The position numbers and the translations under genes are program-made. This document shows positions 51,661 through 63,694 of a stretch of DNA of 64,000 nt, piece after piece. Source of the DNA: Phoronis australis. Lineage: Eukaryota > Animalia > Phoronida. Below the pieces are notes generated by a model. It made no database searches. It had not been told where the DNA came from and saw nothing but the letters and a program-made list of their open reading frames with translations. The stretch lies in assembly GCA_002633005.1 (NCBI GenBank), contig NMRA01000613.1, positions 1-64,000 of the forward strand. The letters run 5' to 3'. Within the stretch, counting starts at the first letter, position 1. Every line of letters begins with the position of its first letter.

Positions 51661-52026
51661 GGTCTACTACAAGTAGAACAACTGAAGATTTAGTGACGCC
51701 GCCAATAATGGCCACCTCCACAATGTAGTGGCCTTCATCGTCAGGTTTAACTTGTGACAAAGATATGGTAAAATTAGTTTTTCCATGCGAGTAGTCAGTA
51801 GAACCACGAGAGGCATAGACACCGTAAAACCCTCCGTCGCCATAAGGTGGATCAGGTGGTAAATAGAAAGGTGCTTCAAACACACTAGTTCCGTCTTTCT
51901 TCAGCCGCAGCCTGGTGAAAATTTCGAAGCTCCCTAGCACGTAACTTATCTTGAACGTAGCTACTCCACCGTTGATGGCAATGACTTTATGTGGCGCAAC
52001 TATGGCCAAAGCAGAAACAGTGACAT
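51661..52026 (-). CDS. Ig receptor copy C, V-type Ig exon (no cysteines)
   Basis: TTGCAG acceptor and GTAAG donor, 366 nt, phase 1-1. Encodes GGVATFKISY...NFTISLSQVKPDDEGHYIVEV. Confidence 0.9.
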
Positions 52027-52030
52027 CTGC

Positions 52031-52100
<70 letters not shown>
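52031..52100. repeat. (AAT)23 microsatellite abutting the V-exon acceptor
   Basis: Perfect AAT run of 70 nt. Confidence 0.98.
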
Positions 52101-52101
<1 letters not shown>

Positions 52102-52541
52102 ACGTTTTGTACCTACATGCAGGGATATTGTGTTGGAATTTTACAAGCAGACGTTCACCAATGGATGCCATTTGTTGTGTTTGCAGCAAATTCTCCTTAG
52201 TGCAAGACATGTAACACCACAATGACATGTGCCGAGGCTAACTTCCTCAAGGTACCTTCGTCCACTCGGAAACACACATGCTCTCATCAATAGCCACATA
52301 ATGCAATGGCTGCACAATATTCATTACACTTATGTCTGGATCTTGGAACAGACACATTCGTCATCGTCAGAGAGAAATCTAAAAGAAATGTCGCAAAAAC
52401 GCAAAGAATAGTCTAAAAACTGCAAACGTGCAGATACCCCTGTCGGCTACTACAGGGTGTTACACAATTTGAGATTTTATTCCATTTTTTATTGCATGAC
52501 ATAGACCTGGTAAATTTTCACACTCACAAAATAAAACTTAC

Positions 52542-52605
52542 CTTTCACTGAAACTCTAACAATTAAGAGGAGGAGGAATCGCGACAGAGTTGTCGCAGGA
52601 GTCAT
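52542..52605 (-). CDS. Ig receptor copy C, signal-peptide exon
   Basis: MTPATTLSRFLLLLIVRVSVK with a GTAAG donor. 64 nt, phase 1. Confidence 0.85.
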
Positions 52606-55600
52606 AGTTGCCGTGAGACGAGATTTACAACCAGAAGATAACGTACTTATAATAACACATCTTGACCTGAATAACGAAAAAAAGCGCCGTGTGAACTAAG
52701 TGGTCACCATTATGATTTACGATACACTGTAGCTAGATCGACATTTCTGAGTGTCACTTGCAGGCCCAAGAACTCTGTAAACATTCCTTCTTTTCGTACT
52801 GAAACTTATGCCTAACACCCATCTATAGGTATGCTACTGCTAAACTGCGGAAGCGGAATAGTCTTCCAAAAGATATCCGCGCTGCTTTTCCTTTTCCACA
52901 GTTCAGCAGACAAAAAGCAGGCGTTGTGGATTACAATATAATGGCAACTTATGTAAATCTCAATTAAAGCTCTTTATTTGCTTTATCAGTATAGGGTAGT
53001 CCCGGATTACACAGGGACCCTCGCACATCGCTGTATTTACCCACATTGGAGTAAACATCTGTCATGCACATTTTCTGCCTCGTTTCGTAGCACTGGAGTT
53101 TCACATGTTATTTTTTGTCTGATTTTTTACAAAGTTTTCTCTGTAGCATTCCTGTATTCGTTCTTTCAATGCCAACGAAGTATTGGTGCTGTGCTCTGGG
53201 CTGCAACTCAAGCGTGAGAAAGTTTGATAAAGTGAACAAAAATCCGTAGATACGTGGTCTGAAATTCTTCGCCTTACCTACATCAATGAGAGACGCGAAA
53301 ATGTGCCTGGTTTTCAAAACGATTTCACGGGCTTTTTCATCTCCGGGACAAAGAAGAGTCCTATTGCCATGTAAACCGAGACTACCATGTTGATTTTGTA
53401 TATTTGTATGTTATTAGATTTTTACTTATGTTTGTAAGAAAAGAGCTTTTTAGGGCTAATGTTGATTGTGTATGAAGTCAGTGGCAAAGAAAAAGCAATT
53501 TTAGAGATTAGCTGTAACGACAGAAAACGGCAAGAATTTCCTGATTTGTTATAAAATCAAAACAAACAGCAAAGGATTTTGTTCTTTTATTATTCTAATC
53601 AAAGTAATAACTTCAAGAAATCTATCTTATCCAACGGGCGACTTTTGTCCGCAACATCAGTGATGTCCACTTAAGAATAAAACCAGAGGCAATACAATTA
53701 CTTGAGAATAAATAATAATTAAATATGCAAATAGAAATAAAAATATGAACATACTTAGGGAAGGCTTAAGAATACCTAAATGATAAAAGTTAAGAGCATT
53801 TTAATCCATCAAAATAAGCTTTTTTTAAAAAGAGATTTTATCTTCCACCAGAACGATAGGTAATTCAAATCCTGTACGTGACACTGCTGTCGAGTCCAAA
53901 AGAAAGGACAGGAAGACGAAAAGACGAAAAAGCCCTTTCACCCGACTCCTTTTTGCCCGTTGCACAGTAGTGTAAAATGACTTAATGTTTGGAGTTGAAA
54001 AATTAATATAAACCAGGTCATTAGCGTGTACAACTTCACACTTGTGTATCAGCATAGAACTCCAGCTCAGGTTTAGATATCTATGGTATCAGGTAGAGAA
54101 TATTGAATCCTAAAAGATTCCGTAGCCAGTCCGCTAGAGAATTTTTACGGTATTCTGTAAGACGGCCATATTCCCCGATCTTTGTAACGGAAATTTAGAT
54201 AGCATAGCGTAGGTTCTGTTAATCCAAAAAGTAAGCTATATAATCCAGATGCGAATTGATCCCTGAAGTCAATAAAGACCGACACGTCGACTGAGTGACA
54301 TACTTTCGAATTGGACTGATGTACATGCATAGCTGTTCACCAAGCTGACAGTAGTTCCCAACTTATTGGTTACTAATATCTGTATCACTCAAAACAACTC
54401 CCGTGTTTTCAGCACAGTTGAGCATAATGCCAGTGTACTACAAAGGCTGTAGAGGCATGGGCTAGGTTTCGGTATCACAACTGAAAGAAAAGCAAGAAAG
54501 ATCTCATTGGAAGGAAAAATAGCCTTGAATGACGGCATACTGAACGTACCTAAAAGAGCAACCCAGACATTAAGGTCACTGCAACGTCTTCATCCAGGAA
54601 ACTTGTTGATTACAAACAGGTTTCATGCATTGTTGTATGTTTTATTTGAAAATATCGATATTGAGGTCAAATACTCTTACAAAGTGACTGTTCATTGAAT
54701 ACAGTCAACGTGACAAGGAAAGTTTGCTCCTACGCTACTGTGTTCGACATGCTGAAGGTAGAGAATGAACCGAATCAGAGCAACTTAAGTCGTCGTTTTT
54801 TCAACTTTCGATATTATTCGACACTACCCAACTTAGGGTATATATATTCGTAAACCAGACATAACAGATTAGCAGGACCGTCGACAAACGTCTTATACGG
54901 TTCCCCACCCCCTACCATTTCAAGATGGCCGCTCTTCTCATGGAACCGAAAAACTGCAGGATCTTGCGTTAACTGAAAATGCATTTTGCAAAAGAAGCAA
55001 TTCCGTTCAGTTTTAAAATCTCGGACCCTCATAGCAACACAAAGCCATCACTTTCCCTTACAGGGGTGCAACAAATGCACCCACTATGAGCGTGCACAGC
55101 ATACTTTGAGACAGAACATCACAGAAAATGCTCCACTGGCTCAAAAACATGCTCGACATTGAGCTATGATACATGAAATGAGCATATAATATTTTGCTTT
55201 CGAAGAAGGCCTTGAAATAAATGGGAAGGGGCGATCTAAAACGTTAAGGTAAGAATGACCTATAATGAGCAACTGGTTTAAATAAATACAAAGTTTGAAA
55301 AATCACCTTGAAATTGGATAGGCGATAATGTAGTTGACCATAAAATCCGTCCGTAAAACAGAAAATGTCCTGGGCTTTTTAAACTTGTCATTTATCATTG
55401 ATTTTTCAAAATACCTTGGTTTGGTAAGGTCATAAAAGTTTATTTGGTTCTGATCTGCATGAGATTGCTTTGAAAATATTGTTTTTCAAAAACAGAAATT
55501 TCCTTTACATCATCTCAGGTTTCGTCGTAACGCCTTTCACCTTTTTACAAACACTCACCTGATATAAGATAAAGCAATGCCTTGTTGTTTTACTCAGCTC

Positions 55601-57929
55601 AAGATCAACTTCAGTGATGCATTGAGAAGCGATTGTTTGGATTCGTTAGTAGATCCTATCTACCTTAGCATGTACTTAAACAGAAGAGTTTTTCACTATT
55701 TTTCAAAAGCAATCATACAGTCTTAGCCTTTGACTCTTCATTGATTTTCAAAGTCGCAATTTTGATTACCGTATAGCACTGCTTAGCAAACTGGAATGGA
55801 AGCTAACCTTAAAGACCCCAGGGTAGCCTGTAAAAGCTTTGGCCGGATATTACGCCACTAGACAATGTTCACAATAGGCCAAGTGGCTGTATTGCCTCAG
55901 CTATACTAAGGCAATTTGAGAATGTGTAGCTATACATATATTAACAGTAAGGTCATCTTAAATAGCGCGTGCTTTTTGCTGCTATCTTTTTACTTCAAGT
56001 GTGTTCAGTAAAAATGCAGTTGAACAAAAGTAGATGTAGTAGGTGACGACTGCAAATCTCAACAAAGTTTATCTAGGGCTCAGGCATAATTTCAAAGTGG
56101 TAAGGACAAGAAAGGTAATTTTTTTACGAAATGACCCTGTTTGAAGTCTAATGCAAACTTCAAATCCGTGCCAGATTTTGTAAACCAGTTAATGGCGAGT
56201 CTTGTGAAAATTAAATCATGACTGAATTTTGCGTCCTTGCAAAAATTCCCCAAACAAAGTACAAAAACGGTAACCTAGTAATGGCCGTGTCCTTGTAATT
56301 ATTTATGAAAGTACACCAGTGTGAGTTTTAAAGAAAAAAGACTTTTTGAAAAACAAGAAACTATTTTATAACAAATAAACGACTTAACGATTTTCTAACG
56401 CTTGATACTCTGTATATTGATAACTGATTGCCGCTTTTACTGCCAAAAACATATTTTTGGACTGTCGTGGGAGGGGATAGACTTTTTGAAGTTATCAGCT
56501 TTTACCAAAACAAAAACAACAAAAGCTGTTGTGTTTTGTGATCTTGTTATAAATTTCCACTTGTTACTGTCTGCCAGACATTCGCTGAAACCAAGGCCGG
56601 TGACCCTTTCCAGTTAAATATGCTTACACTACTCTGCCACTTAGCGAGTGAGATTTAGCTCAGCGGCAAACCGATTACCTTCGTCCGCGAGTGTTCCAGG
56701 TTCGAAGCAGCACTAGAACTATGGACAATAAATCGTTGTTATCTTGTATAATATCAAATTAATTGATACATAGAAAGCTATGGGGAAGCTGTAGACATTA
56801 TGCTTTGTATCACTAAACGTACATGTATGGTGTATACATTCATACGATTCCATATCGGTCTTAATGATAAGGCTTAATCCAATGCGACTCAAAAACGTCA
56901 TGTAGAAAATTCACCAAAACGAAGTTAGCAAACAAGTTCAAACAAGTTCAAACAAGTTCAGACAAGTTCAAACAAGTGATATTTCGACACCCATTGCCTC
57001 ATAATTTTCAAAATTGTGAATATGTACCTATTCTACATACTCCAAAGGTACGTTGCTCATGGAATTTAACCTCAGATCTTTGACGAAAAAGAAAAATCAA
57101 ACACAGAAAGTTAAGTATCATGCACGTGTCTCTACCACGTGACTTCCTAAACCGCTTCGAGGTGGGTCCTTTTGTGCATCATTTCTCTTATACATCAATT
57201 CTAGTTTCCATTGGCTTTCAAGTTTAATCGCTGATTGAGATCTATCTCATTCACAGAGGATGTGATAGATGACTTTCTTTTCCTTCGTCTGTTTTTGTTT
57301 TAAAGTTGGCCAGTCGTCGAACCAGGACACGGATACACCACTCTTGTTTTGAAATCTTTGTTTAGCTTATGCATCCTAGTTTTTCAGATTCCAGGTATGT
57401 ATGGAAGACACATACTTTTTGGATAGAGTCTTCTTTTACCGCTTGCATTCAATAACATTCCCTGCACATTCCATTCATCTGTTCTACGTAGCATAGCGAA
57501 GGCATTATCCTGTATAGCTGACCACTCTGTGATACATGTACTTCGTAACACTACCATTCATGTCAACGGCTATTCGAAGGAGAACAGCAAAACCCGTTTA
57601 CAATAGTTTGCAAAAAAGTAACTGCTTAGAAATAATATATCAATTGCCTGAAACATGTCCACACAGTTATTGGCTAATTTTGCCAAAAAAGCTTACACTT
57701 AAGTACCACAGAAAAATCCGGTTTCAAATCAGTGAGTATAGCTGAGATGACAAGCCTTATACATCAAGTTATACAAATAGACAATGACGAGGTACCTTTG
57801 AAAAGGATATTTTTGCAAAAAAATGATGTGGCTTCCATGACTCACCAGGAGATGCTACCTGTAGGCTGACGCGAATTTTTCGCTACGTTTTGAAGTTGAC
57901 GTACTATGGAATTCCAAGCATGTCAGTTG

Positions 57930-58390
57930 TTAATGCCAACAGGTTTTACAGATTAACGGGTGTAAGCTTGATTAAATAACGCGCTAATCTATTTTTAACT
58001 GATTAATGTGCTGAGAAGACGAATATTAACGTCACAATGTAACGCAGCCAAAGTTGGTAGGTCAGGGAGTCCAAGAACGGATTAGACTTGTACATATCTG
58101 TAGTTAAAAACGGCAAATTCAATCTTCAATTGATGGGTAAATATTCAGAAACTGACAGAAGCAGTGGAATCTGTTACTGTTGCTGTCTTGTTGACATGCT
58201 GTCGTGACGACATTGACATTGTCCGAGGCGATGCCAAATCTTCAATAATAAGCTTCCGTTGATAGTTCGTTTTTACCTGTCCTCTTTCGACTGCTGATGG
58301 TTTGAAGTACAATTTATGAAAACGGAATTTTTCTTACCAGTTTGTTTTCAGGAGCCAGTAGGTCTACTTGTTGACGTCGTGTCGACCTTA
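57930..58390 (-). pseudogene. Decayed fourth receptor copy D (partial SAM exon plus mini-exon with stop)
   Basis: 57930-58225 matches the last intron of copy B (about 25185-25460). 58229-58296 (CGATGCCAAATCTTCAATA..AGCTTCCGT..TAGTTCGTT) is a SAM-exon fragment. 58338-58386 is the 49-nt mini-exon with an in-frame TGA at 58348-58350. Confidence 0.75.
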
Positions 58391-58550
58391 AATCTTCAAA
58401 CAAGTCTGAGGAATATAGACCTCGTTAGTGAAATGAAAACCGGCTTAAACGAAGTCTAAACTGGAGTTAAACCAGGTGTTACTAGACCAACAGTATAAAA
58501 ATTAAACCACATTTAGGAAATGCAGATTGCCTTTAAAGTAACCTATTTAA

Positions 58551-60171
58551 AGAAGAATGCCACCCAAAAACAACCTATTTTGTATCAATTAAGATGGAGT
58601 AATTCCACTCGATAACAGCAAGTTCAGTTGTTTTACCTGACATCTGATGGTAGATGGAGGTGTTGAAATTAACCAATGACGTAATTGGTTCGAACGCAGT
58701 CTGTTCACAGCCGTTCATAACACCCTTACTGGTGTCAACTTATCGCTTGAATGCATCGTTTTACACCAATAAATCATCAAATTTCGATGTAAAACCCTTT
58801 AAATACATCGATTTCTTGAACAAACGTGTTGTTTTATTTCACTGTTACGAATTTATAGGTATTTGAACGTACGGTAGCCTACAGAGTTCGATCTAGGTTC
58901 GGTAGGCCAACTTATCATGGTCGATAGCGGGAGTTTCGGTCTGTTTGGTGATAAATTCGAATCATTCTTCCGTGAAATACAGACAAGAAAGGTAGCTGTG
59001 TGTTGCACTTTTAGGCTTGGGATTTTTTCAGTTCTAAACACACAAAACGCTTGTTATCCCAGCCAGTGCCTCGATCGGAACCGGGGGCGATAAAGCACGT
59101 CGCTGCCGCCGGGACTGGACATCACGAACATAAACAAGCTTAAATTGGAAACTATACCCCCAGTCACGAAAAAACTAACTAGTGAACTAGCCACGAAACT
59201 GCAAATCTACTTACTTATCGGGGCCCGCAAAGTCAACTTGAGTTACCCTTTTACAGAACCGCCAAGGCAAAAGTTGCACAGTAACAATGATGTGAATAAT
59301 GTATTTGTATATGTAAATAAAGATCTACCTAACTTGTGACCACAGCATATAAAATCGAGTAATAGTTTGACAAGAGCTTTCTGTCAGCAAACACTGAATT
59401 AGCATGCGCTCACACGACCTCGGTGCCAAGTCAAATTACCTTTATTACATCTGAAGCCGGTAACGCAGTGGTTTATTCATTGGTGGTTTCTTAAAACATT
59501 TGCATATTACAAATTGTATCTAATGAGACAGACTTTGTTTCAGATTTATATAAGCATCGGGGTAAGAATAATTCATTTTGAAACAAAACGCAGAGTAATA
59601 AACGTCAACATGGGAACTCGAAATCCCGACTCAGACGAGAGCTCATCCGACGAAGACTTCGCAGGTGGGTCGTTAAATTTCACAGGCTATCAGTTCGAGC
59701 CGGAATACAGTGATCAAGAAATACTAAAGAGGCGCCGCGAACATACCCAGGCAACGGAACGTATGGATAGTTCTTTGGTGAGCCGGCATTCGTCGGACTC
59801 AATGTCGACGACTGCCGGCCACAAACACGGAGATGTTTCACGACCTTTTACTTGCGATTAACAGCGTACTTTTCATTCTTTACTAGCGCGAACCACTTTC
59901 TACGCATTTCGGACTCTCGAGGAAGTCGAAAAAACGATATACCCGCTTTCCTCGCAGCTATATAGTTCGGACAAGCGGTAACGATGCACCACAACATATA
60001 GCGGTATTCACTCTGTAAATGAACCACTGACGTCGCTGCGTCGTTTATCACCTTCCTCACAGGTTAACGCGACAATTCTCGGCAAGGTAAGGTGGACCGT
60101 ATGCGAGGCGATGTGGATATAGACCTATTAAGACGGTAAAAAAGACTAATTAAACCGAGTGACATTCTCCT
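58551..60171. mobile_element. Non-autonomous Kolobok-like DNA transposon with both termini
   Basis: TTAA at 58547-58550 and 60172-60175, with imperfect TIRs AGAAGAATGCCACCC and GAGTGACATTCTCCT. A THAP N-terminus lies on the minus strand (WCIVTACPNY..GISFFRLPRESEMRRKW) and a convergent acidic ORF start with YQFEPEY lies on the plus strand. Confidence 0.8.
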
Positions 60172-62677
60172 TTAACCTTAAACCGCTCTCATATTTAAAC
60201 GGTTGTCTAGTTTGACGGTAGACCTATTGCACGCAAAGTTTGTCCTATATGCGACGTCGTGCATTTGACACGAGTAAATGTAGCTCGAGTCTTGCTCTTG
60301 GAAGGCAAGCCACAGATAACGTTATTAAAGTACGTATAACGTGCTGGGTACTTCCATAGAAGAGGTACCGTGGAATTTCCGCAAACTGATCCCCCACAAA
60401 TAATGACCCGTGGGTCTGCATTCGAAGATTTTTTCGGCGAATAGTAATATGCACATGGGTCTACTTTCGGAATATCAAATTTTTCTGCCAAATAAAAGCA
60501 GCGCTTCATGAGAAACGGGACACAGTCTATAATTTCAGCTCGTTTTTGGCTTATGGACAAAATAAACTGAACTAACCATGCATTGGTACTTCCATGTCAC
60601 TGGATCGTATTCCGTTCATAGGCTCCCTGTTTGAGAAAGTCGGTTACGACCGAGGCATTAGAAAAATGGCCATTTTCCAAAATATTTGCATATGAACCTA
60701 TTGATAATATCCCATACTTGCCACTCAGATGGCTGATTTTTTATGTCTCGGCAGTTTTCTTACAACAGGGTAATACCTTTTCCGACTAATTTCCATACAA
60801 AAGAGTATCAGCTCCGATTTTATGTCCTGGAATAGGGATCATTTTAGGAGTTCGAACTTCTACAAAAGGTCCTTTTCCCAAGTACAATTCTACAAAAGTG
60901 TTTTAATATTATTCACGTCCATACGGTAAACGTTCCATTTTAAAATTAAGGTGTCATTTTTAGCAGCATGGCATCCCTTCCTGTGTTGTTTCAGCAAAAT
61001 GGGTCCCTTTTACTGACATGTCAATCAAACCAAAACTTCTAGCGGGAAAATGTGACGTAAACAAATAATGATAACCTGCTACCTTTCTTGCGAACGAAAT
61101 AGGTGAAAGGTTTATCTGCGATGCGCTTAGGGCACTTGCAATGTAGATCATCGATAGAGAGAAGTGACAACATACGACAACGACAGGTTCGACGAACGCT
61201 GTGTCCCCCGGTGGCAATTTCACTTTTTCCGTTTTCCTCTGTCTCTCTGAAGTTCCTTGACGTTTTTAATAGCTTTCTATTAAAGAAACGATGACATGTT
61301 TCCGTTTTCGGATGAATTCTACGTATTTTGCGCCGTCAAGCGGCCATTTATGTGACAAAAATAAACATCCCTAGAAGCACACCGTTTGCGGTGCAATCGT
61401 AGGCGCATTTAAACGCTCCGCGTTACTCTTGTTCACTAATAGGATGTGTTTCACATTTTTTTCATCATCTTTGATATCCTGTATTCAATGGTTGGTAAAT
61501 ATCACAAAATAGCTTATTCAAGCGGATGTAGTTTTTATTATTTGCTCCATATACAAGACAACAGCCTTCCTTAGTTTGATAATTGCACTACACAATGAAC
61601 TTATGTTCGATACTGACAGTATCACCCTTGAAAAGTTTGCTTTTTCTGATATTGGCGTTGAACTTTTACAGAAGCATATTTGCAGTTGCAAACCTGATAA
61701 AAATAGCAGAATGCCTATTTGTGCTATGTACAGGCTCAAACTGTCACAATGTCTCAAGTTGTTGAAACTTGAAACCTGTGGCAATTTGTGTCTGCACGGT
61801 TGCCCCAAGCTGTCAAAAAAATGAAGTTGTAACATTTTGGGACATTGCGAAAATTTGGACCTGCACAGTGCTTCACAATATGTACAGCTTTTCCAATGAT
61901 TACACAACCTATTGGTTTTCACCCCAAATTTTCCGTCGTCGCCGCCAATTTTTACTGACTTTGTTCGTATAAAACAAAAATTTTCCCGCTAAAGCGACCT
62001 GAACTCCTGAGGTCGGTTGCTGGTTCGAACCTTTTATGCCGATGGTGGTATTTGCACCTTTTGCACGCCCTTGTCTACATAAATGATACAGGGTAGGTAC
62101 ACACATGCTAACAATACATCGAAATTTCTTTTTGCTGCGATTTCACTAATCGCCAGATGGTGCTACGCAGCCTTACCACTATAACTAATGAGTACCAGAG
62201 ATGCATGAGTAAAGGCCCAGGGTGTATATTTCGAAGAAGTCGGGTTAGGGGTCAACAATACCGGAACATTTTCTTCATGAATCGAAACAACATTGCCACT
62301 TTTACATCACAGTCTCTGATTGTCAATTCAGGTGGAAATTTATTGCACGAACGGTTTTTATTGTCCATTTCCTATTCAACATGCAATTGTTTCCAAACGC
62401 CCCTGACGTAGTATCTGCGCAATACACTGTATGTACCCTGGCTTAGGACGGGCCTTTATGCAGAAAAATACGATAGTGTATTTGATGGGAGAGTAGCGTT
62501 AGAGTGAAGTTGTGTGGTTGAAGCAAATAAGTGCACGAACTGAAGCCTTAGCACAAGGACATCCTTGAAACGTGCAACTGCGCACAATTCTGTTTTGATT
62601 GAAGCAAGTACATTGTAACTGCGTAAGGAACGGGTGTCCAAAGAATCTGGACTCACGCGTCACAAAATTAAAGTTAC

Positions 62678-63694
62678 TGGGATCTGGCCAACGGCATGTT
62701 TTCTCAGAAACTCGTGATAGGCAGCTTCGTCAAACGGCTCATAACAACTGCTACTGTCTGAGTCCGAGCTGCTTTCGCATTCATCGCCGTCGTCACTTCG
62801 TCTGGAAAAAAACTGACTGCCATCAAATCGATTGTCCGTATCTTCGTTTACTTGAAATATGGTAGCGACCGGTGGAATCGGTCGTCGAGCTCGCCAGGTA
62901 CCTGACAAGTTCATCGATTTCAACAAGGTGCCGACTCGAAACCTTGGCCACGTCAAAGTTGATTCTCCTTCATCATGTCGGCCATCTTGCAACGTGTCTT
63001 TCAAGTTTTTGGGTAGCTCCTCATTGTTGTTATGAGAAGTATTTTCTCCAGCCAAGTCACTAAGTTCATCTCCTTTTTTTAAGTCGAGGTCTCCAAAAGT
63101 TTTGCCCAATATCCGTTCATCACGTATTCCGTAAATCAAATTTGTGTACTGTTTTGGGACTTCTGGCTCGCGTTTAGGCCTCGAGGCGCATTTCCCTGCA
63201 TATCCCAAATGAAACTGAACACGGGAACTGCTGCTACGACGAAGAGACACTCCTATTTTACTCAAATCTTCAACTGGTTGAGGTCTATTAACTCTGCCCT
63301 CAACGGGTAAGATTGAGTTCTTACCGTAAGTAAAATACTGTTTCGCGGCATATCTCGCCGAAGAAGGCAGAGATGCGGTTTTCATCCGGGCGCTTAGCTT
63401 CTCGTCGTCACTTTTGGTCGAAAATCCCATTATTTGATCAAAATGAGCGACGTCAAGCGAAGAAAACGATCTTGGTATGTAGGTGCTTATCGTATTTGGC
63501 CTTTGCATTGAGAAATTGGGCGGTAAAGCGTCATTCGTTGGCTGTACGGTATAACATCCTCGTCTCCGCGATCGTTTTCTTTTCTTTTTGAAGTCATTTT
63601 CATTGCAACAGGGCAGACCGCACGTGTGACCGGGAGGGTCGTGTGCAAAGGCGCACGATCTGTCACATATTGTGAACAGTACTCGCTTCTTTAT
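62678..63694 (-). CDS. Large internal exon of an unidentified host gene
   Basis: Lies within a 366-codon ORF in AT-rich DNA. A strong acceptor TTCCATTTTGTTTCAG|ATA and a donor CCA|GTAAC give 1017 nt, phase 0-0. The product has a Cys/His-rich start, a KKKRKRSRRR basic patch and an acidic Ser-rich end, with no recognised domain. Confidence 0.6.

Noticed and set aside
14501-52026. V(D)J-like rearranging locus or Dscam-like alternative exon array
   Set aside because: Each V exon has its own leader exon and normal splice sites, with its own downstream exons. I saw no ordered heptamer-spacer-nonamer signals at V ends, and scattered CACAGTG matches are expected by chance.
51951-52228. Poly-Ile and poly-Asn ORF segments
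   Set aside because: These are translations of an intronic (AAT)n microsatellite. The real exon begins at 52026.
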